34,746 bases of DNA, from NCBI RefSeq assembly GCF_004010195.1, contig NC_057754.1:11703950-11738695 (forward strand), given 5' to 3'. The position numbers were made by a program, and so were the translations under genes. This DNA is from Chiloscyllium plagiosum (lineage: Eukaryota). A model generated the notes under the pieces. The model was given only the letters and a program-made list of their open reading frames with translations. It searched no databases and was not told the DNA's origin. This document shows, one piece after another, positions 1 through 11,349 of this stretch. Position 1 is the first letter of the stretch, and the number at the start of each line of letters is the position of its first letter.

Positions 1-213
1 GACCTTCCAAAATGCATCACCTTGCATTTATCCAGGTTGAACTCCATCTGCCACCTCTCAGTCCATCTCTGCATCCTGTCAATGTCCCGCTGCAGCCTAC
101 AACAGCCCTCTATATTGTCAACGACACCTCCAACCTTTGTGTCGTCTGCAAACTTGCTGACCCATCCTTCAATCCCCTCATCCAAGTCATTAATAAAAAT
201 TACAAACAGTGGA

Positions 214-570
214 GGCCCAAGGACAGAGCCCTGTGGAACACCACTCACCAAAGACTTCCAGGCAGAATATTTTCCTTCTACTACCACTCGCTGTCTTCTG
301 TTGGCCAGCTAATTCTGTATCCAGACAGCCATGTTCCTCTGAATCCCATTCCTCCTGACCTTCTGAATGAGCCTACCAGGGGAACCTTATCGGCCCAAGG
401 ACAGAGCCCTGTGGAACACCACTCACCAAAGACTTCCAGGCAGAATATTTTCCTTCTGCTACCACTCGCTGTCTTCTGTTGGCCAGCTAATTCTGTATCC
501 AGACAGCCATGTTCCTCTGAATCCCATTCCTCCTGACCTTCTGAATGAGCCTACCAGGGGGAACCTTATC
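214..570. repeat. Direct tandem duplication of ~178 bp inside the LINE
   Basis: 214-391 and 392-570 are identical except for one A/G substitution and one extra G in a G-run. Confidence 0.95.
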
Positions 571-958
571 AAATGCCTTGCTGAAATCCAGATACACCAC
601 ATCCACAGCTCGACCCTCATCAACTTTTCTAGTCACATCCTCAAAGAACTCGATAAGGTTTGTGAGGCATGACCTGCCCCTCACAAAGCCGTGTTGACTG
701 CAATTAATCAAGCCATGCTCTTCCAGATGGTCATCAATCCTATCCCTCGGAATCATTTCTAACATCTTGCAGACGACAGACGTGAGACTTACTGGTCTGT
801 AATTGCCGGGGATTTCCCTATTTCCTTTCTTGAAGAGAGGAATTACATTTGCCTCTCTCCAGTCCTCAGGTACGACTCCAGTGGAGAGCGAGGATGCAAA
901 GATCTTTGCAAGTGCCGAAGCAATTGCATTCCTCGTTTCCCAAAGCAGCCAAGGACAA

Positions 959-1287
959 GCAGTGGGCGACTCGGTGGCACCGTGGTTAGCACTGTTGCCT
1001 CACAGCGCCAGAGACCCGGGTTCAATTCCCGCCTCAGGTGACTCTCTGTGTGGAGTTTGCACATTCTCCCCGTGTCTGCGTGGGTTTCCTCCGAGTGCTC
1101 CGGTTTCCTCCCACAGTCCAAAAATGTGCAGGTTAGGCGAATTGGCCATGTTAAATTGCCCGTAGTGTTAGATGAAGGGGTAAATATAGGGGAATGGGTC
1201 TGGGTGGGTTACGCTTCGGCGGATTGGTGTGGACTTGTTGGGCCGATGGGCCTATTCCCACACTGTAAGTAATCTAATCTAATCTAA
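959..1287 (+). mobile_element. tRNA-derived SINE (HE1/V-SINE-like), full length
   Basis: Pol III A box TGGCACCGTGG (975-985), B box GGGTTCAATTCCC (1018-1030), V-domain-like core TGTGTGGAGTTTGCACATTCTCCCCGTGTCTGCGTGGGTTTCC, and an (AATCT)n tail. Confidence 0.93.
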
Positions 1288-2461
1288 ATCTGGTCCGGGC
1301 CTGGCGACTTGTCAATCTTAATGTTTGACAAAATTTTCAGCACATCAGCTTCCTGTATCTCTATCCATTTCAGCATGCACACCTGCTCTTCAAAGGTTTC
1401 ATTCACTACAAAGTTCGTTTCTTTCATAAAGACAGAAGCAAAAAACTTCTCCAGACTCCACACACAAATTCCCTATGCTATCCCTGATCGGCCCTACTCT
1501 TTCTTTGACCATTCTCTTATTCCTCACATAAGTGTAAAATGCCTTTGTGTTCTCCCTAATACGTTCTGCCAAGCCTTTTTCGTGCCCCCTCCTGGCTCTC
1601 CTCAGACCATTTTTAAGCTCCTTCCTCGCCTGCCTGTAATCCTGTAGAGCTGAGCTTGACCTTAGCTTCCTCCACCTTATGTAAGCTACCTTTTTCCTTC
1701 TGACGAGAAGCTCCACCGCTCTCGTCATCCAAGGTTCCTTTATCTTACCACTTCTTGCCTGTCTCAGAGGGACATATTTATTCATCACTTGCAACAACTG
1801 TTCCTTAAACAGTCTCCACATGTCTATAGTGCCTTTACCATGGAACAATTGCTCCCAGTCCATGCTTCCTATCTCATGTCTAATCGCCTCATAGTTTCCT
1901 CTTACCCAATTAAATATCCTTCCATTTTGCCTAATCCTCTCCTTCTCCATAGCTATGTAGAATGTGAGGCAGTTGTGGTCACTATCACCAAAATACTCTC
2001 CCACCACAAGATCTGATACCTGCCCCGGCTCGTTTCAGAGCACTAAATCTAGAATGGCCTCTCCTCTCGTCGGCCTGTCAACGTACTGGGTTAGGAAACC
2101 CTCCTGAACACACTTTACAAAAACAGCTCCATTCAAATCTTCTGCTCGAAGGAGGTTCCAATCAATATTGGGAAAGTTAAAGTCACCCATTACAACAACC
2201 CTACTACGTCCACACTTTTCCAAAATCTGCTGATCTATGCTTTCTTCCATCTCCCTGCTGCTATTGGGGGACTGTGGTAAACCCCTAAAGAGGTGACTGC
2301 TACCTTGCTGTTCCTAATTTCCACCCATACTGACTCGGTAGGCAGATCTTCCTCGACAATGGAAGCTTCTGTAGCTGTGATACCCTCTCTGATTAGTAGT
2401 GCTACACCCACTCCTCTTTATCCCCCCTCCCTATTCTTTTTAAATGCTCTAAACTCTGGAA

Positions 2462-2539
2462 CATCCAACAACCATTCCTGCCCCTGAGAAACCCATGTCT
2501 CATCCAACAACCATTCCTGCCCCTGAGAAACCCATGTCT
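2462..2539. repeat. Perfect 39-bp tandem duplication
   Basis: CATCCAACAACCATTCCTGCCCCTGAGAAACCCATGTCT at 2462-2500 and again at 2501-2539. Confidence 0.95.
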
Positions 2540-2683
2540 CTGTTATGGCCACAACATCATAGCACTCGGTACTAATCCATCAGTGCAGATTAGTGATCCA
2601 TCAGTGAATTAGTGCAGATGGTCTGGATGGAGCTGATATTGTTAGGTGTGTCCAGGAAGGATTCCTGACTCAACATGTAGATA

Positions 2684-2821
2684 ATGTGTTGCTGCAAAAG
2701 CACAGCAGGTGAAGGTGCATCCAAGGAGCAGGAAAATCCTTGTATGCTGCCTGACCTGCTGTGCTTTTCCAGCAACACACTCTCAACTATGATCTCCAGC
2801 ATCTGCAGACCTCACTGTCTC
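2684..2821. mobile_element. Foldback cassette made of Penelope-like terminal-repeat sequence (family 1)
   Basis: Inverted arms TGTGTTGCTGCAAAAGCACAGCAGGT and ACCTGCTGTGCTTTTCCAGCAACACA. Flanked by CTCAACATGTAGATA (2669-2683) and CTCAATACGTAGATA (2822-2836). Confidence 0.8.
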
Positions 2822-4032
2822 CTCAATACGTAGATAGGCCGACTCGGGGGAGTCCGTGTTGGATTTGGTGCGAGGCAACGAGCCAAACCAGGTGTCAGAT
2901 TGCTCGGTAGGAGAGCATTTCAGTGACAGTGACCACAACGGCCTCACCTTTACCATAGCCCATGCAGAAGGATAGGAACAGACAGTGTGAGGAGGTATTT
3001 AATTAGGGGAGGGGAAATTATATTGCTATTAGACAGGAGCTGTGGAATATAAATTGGGAACAATTGTTCTACTGGAAATGCACAACATAAATATGGAGGC
3101 TGTTTAAGGAGCACTTGTTGCAAATGTTGGATAACTTTGTCCCACTGTGACAGGCAAGGAAGGCAAGGTGAAGAAGCCTTGGATGACAAGAGTAGAGGAG
3201 CTTCTTGTCAAAAGGAAGAAGGAAGCTTACTTAAGGTTGAGGAAGCAAGGATCGAGCATGGCTTTAGAGGATTACAGGATAGCTCGGAATGAACTCAAAA
3301 ATAGACTGAGAGGAGATAGGATGGGGCATGAAAAAGCCTTGGTGGAAAAGATTAGGGAAAACCTAAAGGCGTTCTACACATATGTGAGGAATAAGTGAAT
3401 GATCAGAGAGAGGGTAGGGCCGATCAGGGATAATGGCAGGAACTTGTGCCTGGAGTCTGAAGGGGTAGAGGCTGTAAATGAGTTTTTTGCTTCAGTATTT
3501 ACAAGAGAAAGAGACCTTGTTCATAGCGAGAACACCATGGACCAGGTTAATAGGCTTGAACAGATTGATGCTATGGAAGTGGATGAGGTGGAAACTTTGT
3601 GAAGCATCAAGATCGATAAGTGCTCAGGGCTGGACCAGATATATCCAAGGTTACTATGGGAAACAAGGAATGAGATTGCTGCGCTTCTGGTGATGATCTT
3701 TGCATCCTCACTCTCCACGGGAGTAGTACTGGCTGATTGGAGGGAGACAAATGCTATTCCTCTGTTCAACAATGGGAATAGGGAAATCCCTGGGAGTTAC
3801 AGACCAGAAAGTCTTACGTCTGTGATAAGCAAGGTACTGGAAAGGATTCTGAGAGATGGTATTTATGCTATTTGGAAAAACATTGTTGTTTGATTAAAGA
3901 TAATCAGCATGGCTTTGAGAGGGGCAAGTCATACCTCACCAGCCTTATTGAGTTCTTTAAGGATATGATGAGACAAGTTGATGAAGGTTAAGGAGTGGAT
4001 GTGCTGTATATGGATTTCAGTAAGACTTATTT

Positions 4033-4351
4033 TTAGATTAGATTAGATTCCCTACAGTGTGGAAACAGGCCCTTCAGCCCAACCAGTCCACACCGACACT
4101 CTGAAGAGTAACCTACCCAGACCCATTTCTCTCTGACTAATGCACCTAACACTATGGGCAATTTAATATGGCAATTCACCTGACCTGCACATCTTTGGAC
4201 TGTGGGAGGAAACCAAAGAACTCGGAGCAAACCCACACAGACACGGGAGAATGTGCAAACTCCACACAGACGGTCGCCCGAGGCTGGAATCAAACCTGGG
4301 TCCCTGGCGCTGTGAGGCAGCAGTGTTAACCACTGAGCCACCGTGCCTCCC
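4033..4351 (-). mobile_element. HE1/V-SINE-like element
   Basis: Reverse complement of the SINE at 959: (TTAGA)n tail at left, A/B boxes at right. Confidence 0.92.
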
Positions 4352-4841
4352 TAAGGTTCTCCATGGTAGGCTCATTCAGAATGTTAGAATGTATGGAATA
4401 CAGGGAAATTTGGCTGTCTGGATACAGAATTGGCTGGCCGAAAGAAGACGGCCAGTGGTAATGAATGGGAAATATTCTGCATGGAGGTCGGTGACTAGTG
4501 GTGTCCTGCAGGGATCTGCTTTTTGTAGTTTTTATAAATAATTTGAATGAAGAAGTGGAAGGGTGGGTTAGTAAGTTTGGCCCCGATGACAAAGGTCGGT
4601 GGTGTTGTCGACAGTGTCGAGGGCTGTTGCAGCCTACAACATGGCATTAACAGGATGTGGAGCTGGGCTGAGAAGTGGCAGATGCGAGTTCAACTTGGAC
4701 AAATGTGAAGCGATTATTTTTGGAAGGTCGAATTTGAATGTTGAATACAGGGTTAAAGATAAGATTCTTGGCTGTGCAGAGGAAGAGTTGGATCTTGGGG
4801 TCCACGTACATAAATCCCTCAAAGTTGCCACCCAAGCTGAT

Positions 4842-5160
4842 AGGAGAAAGTGAAGACTGCAGATACAGGAGATTAGAGGATGGACAGGTAGGACAGTTTA
4901 AGAGGGCAGTTCTGAGTTGGAGGGTTGGATCTGGGATAAGGTGGGGGGTGGGAGATGAGGAAACTGGTGAAATTGACATTAATGCTGTGTGGTTGGAGGC
5001 TCCCAAGGCAGAAATGACACCTCCAGGCGTCGGGTGACGAGTGTTTGGTGGTGGAGGCGGCCCAGTACTTGCATGTCCTTGGCGGAGTGGGAAAGGGAGT
5101 TAAAGTGTTCGGCCACAGGGCGCTGGCGTTGTTTAGTGCGGGTGTCTTGGAGGTGTTTTC
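4842..5160 (-). mobile_element. Penelope-like element 3' fragment (C-terminal part of GIY-YIG endonuclease plus trailer)
   Basis: ORF 4979-5191(-) contains HLQDTRTKQRQRPVAEHFNSLSHS, homologous to the endonuclease region at 12930-13270. Terminal word AGGAGAAAGTGAAGACTGCAGAT at ~4843. Confidence 0.78.
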
Positions 5161-6133
5161 TGTCCCAGAACAGAACCTGGCCTAGCACCAACCCCTAAGG
5201 CACCTAGTCACAGGCCTCCAGTCTGACAAGCATCCTTTCACTGTTACCCTCTGCTTCCTACCATCAAGCCAATTGTGTATCCAATTTGCCAGCTCTCCTT
5301 GGATTCCATGCGGTTTAATCTTTCAGGGCAGCCTTATCAAAGACCTTCCTGAAATCCATACAGACTACAGCCACCACCCTATCCTCGTCAACCTTCTTGG
5401 TCGCTTCAAAGAACTCTTAACAAATTTGAGAGGCATGACATCCCATGCACAAAGCCATGCTGACTACTCCTAATCAACCCTGTCTTTCCGAATATATTTA
5501 TATCTTATCCCTCAGAATTTTCTCAAGTAACTTACCTACCACAGATGTTCGGCTTACTGGTCAATATTTCCTGGGTTTTTCTTTGCAGCCTTCCTTGAAT
5601 AAGGGCACAACATTCACTATGCTCCAGTCTTCTGGAACCTCACCAATGGCAAAAGATGATGGAAAAATATCAACTCGGGCCTCTGCAATTTCTTCACTAG
5701 GTTTTTACAGTGTTCTTGGATATGCCTGGTCAAGACCAGAAAATTTATCTACCTTCATACATCAACACTTCCTCTACTATGATATGGACTGTCCCCAAGA
5801 TATCACCGCCCGGGGTGGAACCCCGCACTGCCTGATTCTATCTCCTTCCCAAGATCCACAAGCCTAACTACCCCGGCTGACCTATTGTCTCAGCCTGCTT
5901 CTGCACCAACGAACTCATCTCCACCTCCCTCAATACTGTCCTATCCCCCTTAATCCAGGAACTCCTCCACATACGTTTGGGACACCACACACGCCCTCCA
6001 TCTCCTCCAAGATTTCCGTTTCCCCAGCCCCCAACTCCTCATCTTCACCATGGACATCCAATCCCTCTATACCTCCATCTGCCATGACCAGGGCCTCCAA
6101 GCCGACTGTTTCTTCCTCTCCCAACGTCCCCAC

Positions 6134-6813
6134 NNNNNNNNNNNNNNNNNNNNNNNNNNNNNNNNNNNNNNNNNNNNNNNNNNNNNNNNNNNNNNNNNNN
6201 NNNNNNNNNNNNNNNNNNNNNNNNNNNNNNNNNNNNNNNNNNNNNNNNNNNNNNNNNNNNNNNNNNNNNNNNNNNNNNNNNNNNNNNNNNNNNNNNNNNN
6301 NNNNNNNNNNNNNNNNNNNNNNNNNNNNNNNNNNNNNNNNNNNNNNNNNNNNNNNNNNNNNNNNNNNNNNNNNNNNNNNNNNNNNNNNNNNNNNNNNNNN
6401 NNNNNNNNNNNNNNNNNNNNNNNNNNNNNNNNNNNNNNNNNNNNNNNNNNNNNNNNNNNNNNNNNNNNNNNNNNNNNNNNNNNNNNNNNNNNNNNNNNNN
6501 NNNNNNNNNNNNNNNNNNNNNNNNNNNNNNNNNNNNNNNNNNNNNNNNNNNNNNNNNNNNNNNNNNNNNNNNNNNNNNNNNNNNNNNNNNNNNNNNNNNN
6601 NNNNNNNNNNNNNNNNNNNNNNNNNNNNNNNNNNNNNNNNNNNNNNNNNNNNNNNNNNNNNNNNNNNNNNNNNNNNNNNNNNNNNNNNNNNNNNNNNNNN
6701 NNNNNNNNNNNNNNNNNNNNNNNNNNNNNNNNNNNNNNNNNNNNNNNNNNNNNNNNNNNNNNNNNNNNNNNNNNNNNNNNNNNNNNNNNNNNNNNNNNNN
6801 NNNNNNNNNNNNN
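6134..6813. other. Assembly gap (N run)
   Basis: Run of n. Confidence 1.
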
Positions 6814-6969
6814 ACCTGTCAATCTTCCTTCCCACCTATCCGCTCCACCCTCCTCTCTGACCTGTCACCTTTACCCCTTCCTGCATCCACCTATTGCACT
6901 CGCAGCTACCTTCTCCCCAGCCCCACCCCCTCTCATTTATCTCTCCACCCCCGAGGCTTCCAGCCTCAT

Positions 6970-7001
6970 ACCTGATGAAGGGCTCCTGCCCGAAACATCG
7001 A
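6970..7001 (+). ncRNA. Minimal hammerhead ribozyme-like motif (slightly decayed)
   Basis: C-CTGATGA-A-GGGC-tcct-GCCC-GAAA-CA-TC-GA. Confidence 0.65.
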
Positions 7002-7881
7002 TTTTCCTGTTTCCTGACCTGCTGTGCATTTCCAGCACCACTCTAATCTTGACTCTAATCTCTAGCATCTGCTGTCCTTACTTTCACCCAAGATAACACC
7101 ACTAATTTTCCCAAGTTCCCAAGTCTTCTTGTCTTTCTCCATGGTAAACACAGAGGAGAAATATTTATTGAGGATCTCGCCCACCTTCACTTTGGTCCTT
7201 CAAGGGCCCTATTCTCTCTCTAGTTATTCTTTTTCCTTTAATATAGTTAACAAATCTTTTTGGATTCACCCTAATCTTCTGAGCCAAGGGTATCTGTGCT
7301 CCTTTTCACCCTCCTGATTTCCTTCTTCAACAACCTCCTGTATCTCCTATATACCTCCAGGGATTCTGTTGTTTCCAGCTGCCCGTACCTGAGCCTTACC
7401 TCCCTTTCTCTGGTCAAAGCCTGAATATCGCTTGTCATCCAGGGTTCCCTATTCCTGCCAACCTTGTCCTTCACCCTCATAGGAAAATATAGATCTTGAA
7501 TTCTAGCTATTTCACTTTTAAAGGCCTCCCACTTGCCGGAGGTCCCATTTGCCTGTCAATCCCTGCAAGCTCCTGTCCAATTCCATCAAAATTCACTTTG
7601 CCCCAATTTAGAACTTGAACCTGTAGACCAGTTTTGTCCCATTCTCTAACTATTTTAAAATTAAAAATAACTGTGGTCACTGATCGCAAAGTGTTCCCCC
7701 ACTGTCACTTGTTCTGCCCTATTTCCCAAGAGTAGGTCAAGTTTTGCCCCTGCTCGATTGGGACCCTCTATATACTGCTCCAGGAAATTTTCCGGAATGC
7801 AATTAACAAATTCCACCCCATCTAACCCTATGGCGGTTCCAGTCTATCTCAGGAAAATTAAAATCCCCTACTACGACAATC

Positions 7882-8095
7882 ATAGAACATAGAAAAGTAC
7901 AGCACAGAACACGCCCTTTGGCCCACGCTGTTGTGCCGAGGTTTAATCCTAACGTAAAATATAGTAACTTAAGCTACGCACCCCTCAACTCACTGCTATC
8001 CATGTGCAAGTCCAGCAGTCGTTTAAATGTTCCCAATGACACTGCTTCCACCACAACAGCTGGCAACACATTCCATGCCTTCACAACTCTCTGCG
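7882..8095 (-). mobile_element. Short CR1-type LINE 3' end
   Basis: CATAGAACATAGAA tail repeat followed by reverse-strand 3' UTR and ORF2-end sequence. Confidence 0.75.
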
Positions 8096-8598
8096 CTCCC
8101 ACAAGTCTCCCCAACCTCCCTGCATATTTGTTCCTCTGATTTCCGTTGACTATTTGGGAAGTCTATGGTACAACCCCAATAAGGTCACCAACCCCTTCTT
8201 ATTTCTTAGTTCCACTCACAAAGCCTCAATTGAATGATCCTTCAATTATTTCATCTCTGATTACTGCTGTGATACTCGCCTTAATAAAAAATGCAACTCC
8301 CCCTCCCCTCCTTCCAACACTGCTGTCCCGCCTAAAGCACCTGTTATCTGGCATATTAAGCTGCCAGTCCTGTCCTTTCCTTAGCCATGTTTCTGTAAAT
8401 GGATAACATATCCCAGTTCCATGTACCTATCCACACCCTGAGTTCATTGGCCTTATTTGGCAGCCCTTTTGCATTGAAATAAGTGCAATTTAATCCAACA
8501 GGCATTCCTCTCTTCCTGTCATATTCCAACTAGACTGTCCCTTCAACTTACTATTTCTGATGACTGTTGTTTTGCTGTCTTTATCACATAATATGTAG

Positions 8599-8645
8599 TT
8601 CTTAGGATATTCAGCTACATAATATGTAGCTGAATATCCTAAGAA
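8599..8645. repeat. Perfect palindrome with 23-bp arms and a 1-nt centre
   Basis: TTCTTAGGATATTCAGCTACATA-A-TATGTAGCTGAATATCCTAAGAA. Confidence 0.95.
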
Positions 8646-8678
8646 AAGAAACATAATATATAGGAAATAAAATAAATT

Positions 8679-8960
8679 ATAGAATCCCTATATTGTGGGA
8701 ACAGACCATTCAGCCCAACAAGTCCATACTGACCCTCTGAAGAGGATCTCACCCAGCTATCCCCATCCCCTAACCCTGTAGACCTGCACCTAGCCTGCAT
8801 ATCTTTGGATTGTGGGAGGAAACTAGAACACCTCGCAGAAACCCGCACTGACCCAGGGAGAATGTGCAAACTCCACGCAGTCAGTCACCCCAGGGTAGAA
8901 TTGAACCTGGGTCCCTGGTGCTGTGAGGCAGCAGTGATAACCACTGAGCCACTGTGCCAT
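8679..8960 (-). mobile_element. HE1/V-SINE-like element (older copy)
   Basis: Same core and A/B boxes on the reverse strand, more diverged than the other copies. Confidence 0.88.
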
Positions 8961-9573
8961 CTTTATGGACGTTTGCTGAAACTGTTAGCATTCACTGCTG
9001 ACTCTGAAATTAAATAAAATGTTCAACGTGCTTGTGAACAACACATTATCCAAGGATTGCACAAAGGCTTGGCATCTATTGTTTGGAACTGTTTAATTGA
9101 ATTGATAACTTATATTTACTTTATTTTCTGTTCAATTTATCCCTTATCTGTGTCTGTCTATTGGTGTGAATGGAGGTCATGCTCAAAGAATCATACATAT
9201 TAATTAGATTACCTGACTGATTATCTTTGTTTTGCTCAAGTTATTGATACTTCTTGTTTAAGTTTTAAACTTGGTGTCCAAGATCAGTTATTCTCAAAGT
9301 CAGGTAATGAACAATTGTGAAGTAGGATCGTGACACTGATTTAGTTTGGCTTGTAATTAGTGTTTTGAAGAAGCTTTGGGTGGTCAATATTAGCTCAGAA
9401 GCAGAAATGATCTCCAGTGTAGGTCAAACAATTTCTGAACATTGGGAGATAAAACTGGAAAATCAGCAGCATATAACCAGAGATCAAGAGAAATACAAAC
9501 TTCATTTGGACACAACTGGCAAAAGTAACAACAAAATACCTCACAAAGTTCAAATAAACCCATTATTAGAGGC

Positions 9574-10590
9574 ATAGTCAAAGATGTAAACTGCACAGAA
9601 ACAGATCCTTCGGGCCAATCACTCCATGTTGACCATAATCCCAAATTAAGCGAGTCCAACCTGCCTTGGCCCATATCCTTCCAAGCATTTCTTATGCATG
9701 TACTCCTCTAAATGCCTTTTAAATGTTGGAACTGTACCCGCATCCGGCACTTCTTCTGGAGGTTCATATCACAGACAAATCACTCTTGACTGAAAAAAAA
9801 TTGTCCCTATATCTTTTTTAAATCTTTCTCCTCTCACCTTAAAGATATGCTCCCTTTTCTTGTAATCCCCCACCCCGAGGGAAAAGACATGTGCCATTCA
9901 CCTTACATGTACACCTTTATAAATCTCTGTAAGATCACCTCTCAACCTGGTTGAGAAAAAGGTTCTAGACTCTCCTTATGATTCAAATGCTTCATTCCTG
10001 GCAATACCCTGGTAAATCTCTTCTGAACCCTCTCCAGCTTAATTATATCTTCTTTAAAGCAGCGAGACCAGCACTGGAGACAGTACTACAGAAGAACATC
10101 CTGTACAATCTCAACATCCTTTACTCAAAGATCTGAGCAATGAAGGCAAGCATATAAAATGCCTTCTTAACCACCCTATCTGTATGTGACAGCTCTCATG
10201 ACCAGTCATCTCGAAGCTAGCTTGCTGTGACTCCATGACTGCTGTCTGACCTGCTGTGATCTCCAGTGTTTATTTTTAGGATCATCTATATGTGATGCAA
10301 GCTTCAAGAGATTATGTACCTGAACCCCTCGTTCTCCCTGTTTCGCAACACTACCCAAGGCCCTATTATAAATTGTATAAATCTTGCTATTGTTTGCTTT
10401 ATCAAAATGCAATATCTCTCATTTATTCAAGTTAAACTTCACTCTTCAGCCCATCGACCCAATTGAACAAAATCTCTTTGTAATCTTAGATAACCTTCTT
10501 CACTGTCCACTGTACCATCAATCTTGCTGTCACCTGCAAACTTACTAATCATGCTTTCTATATTTTCATCTAAGCTATTTATATAAATGA
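9574..10590 (-). mobile_element. CR1-clade LINE 3' portion, decayed
   Basis: AAACTTACTAATCATG (SKFA motif on the reverse strand), MHFDKANNSKIYT, and a 3' UTR near 9575-9680. Confidence 0.8.
10190..10283 (+). mobile_element. Short degenerate Penelope-like terminal-repeat insertion
   Basis: Contains TGCTGTCTGACCTGCTGTG. Flanked by ATCTGTATGTGA (10178-10189) and ATCTATATGTGA (10284-10295). Confidence 0.6.
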
Positions 10591-10772
10591 GAAGTAAAAC
10601 AGGAAGTCAGACAATGGCAGAGAGGTGATGAGGGAAAGCAAAGGCCAAACAAAGCAATAGATGGACATGGATTCAGATCCACAGTAAGTGAGTCACACCA
10701 GCCTCACAGTTTTGGAACCAGAACATGGCACAGGAGGATTGACAGTGTCGACAAATGCTCAAAAACACTCAC

Positions 10773-10819
10773 CTCGCAAACACTTCCACTGTTTCGAAAT
10801 CTCCTGCTGGAACCTGCAG
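10773..10819 (-). other. Candidate small internal exon (probably untranslated)
   Basis: The minus strand reads tttacttacttttgatatgttttcag|CTGCAGG...TTTGCGAG|gtgagt in non-repetitive DNA; no transcript evidence. Confidence 0.35.
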
Positions 10820-11349
10820 CTGAAAACATATCAAAAGTAAGTAAAAGATATTCCTGCTGCCTTCAAATCTTATAAGTCCCTGCAAAAGGTGTTTCAGAAA
10901 CGTGTAGTTTCAGTTGGAGGTGAAAAATGTAGCGGAGACAGGGTTCCAGGGGATAATAAGGAATGTGGGGTTGAAGTCAGAATCAGATCAGCTGGGATCT
11001 TACAGAATACAGTAGTAGAACAGGCTGAATGGGCCAAATAAGACTAAAAGACACAAGAACACAAATAGACCATCCTGCCCATCAAGTCTGCTCTACCATT
11101 TGATAATGGCTGATTATTTCTCAGCCATTTTCTCAACTCCATTCGCCTACTTGCTCTCCATAACGCACGGTCCCCTTACTAATCAGAAACCTACTGCTGT
11201 CTTAAATGACTTCATCTCCACACTTTCTGCGGCAAAGCATTCCACAGATTATCCACAAACATGCCCTCAACTTGCTACTGATCCAAACGCCTGTTGTTGA
11301 CCCTGGGACTGTTTCAGCTATTTTTTGGCATAATTTTACATGGATAAGC

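Larger units (their letters stand above)
1..2580 (-). mobile_element. CR1-clade LINE ORF2 fragment (endonuclease, tether and reverse transcriptase), interrupted by a SINE at 959-1287
   Basis: Minus-strand ORFs carry CR1 motifs: VVMGDFNFPNIDW, PTRGEAILDLVL and GDSDHN (AP endonuclease); QHGFVRGRSCLTNLIEFFE and VDVVYLDFSKAFDKVP (RT). SKFADDTK reads on the reverse strand near 135-160. Frames are broken. Confidence 0.93.
2609..4841 (+). mobile_element. CR1-clade LINE ORF2 fragment, decayed; related to the copy at 1-2580
   Basis: KKPWMTRVEELLVKRKK, NLKAFYTYVRNK, YRPESLTSVISKVLERIL and GIQGNLAVWIQNWL; many stops and frameshifts. Hosts insertions at 2684-2821 and 4033-4351. Confidence 0.92.
5808..7086 (+). 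mobile_element. 5'-truncated Penelope-like retroelement (RT fragment, gap, terminal repeat with hammerhead motif)
   Basis: Plus-strand peptides FYLLPKIHKP, PIVS and LIFTMDIQSLYTSICHDQGL match Penelope-type RT. Flanked by CCCAAGATATCACC (5794-5807) and CCCAAGATAACACC (7087-7100). Confidence 0.85.
5170..8540 (-). mobile_element. Decayed CR1-clade LINE ORF2, split by a Penelope-like insertion (5808-7086) and a LINE 3' end (7882-8095)
   Basis: Reverse-strand CR1 peptides such as NREPWMTSDIQAL and VLNWGKVNFDGIGQEL; the sequence resumes in register after the target-site duplication at 7087-7100. Confidence 0.85.

Noticed and set aside
12..672. Plus-strand ORFs with the repeated peptide RPKDRALWNTTHQRLPGRIF
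   Set aside because: Antisense reading of the LINE RT across the 178-bp duplication.
959..1040. tRNA-like sequence with A and B boxes (also ~21880-21959, ~4270-4350, ~8885-8960)
   Set aside because: These are SINE heads continuing into the V core and tail, not stand-alone tRNA genes.
5930..7096. Long ORFs of 250-350 aa (also 11521-12229 and 15179-16681)
   Set aside because: Their length comes from N runs translated as X; the real parts are retroelement fragments or low-complexity sequence.
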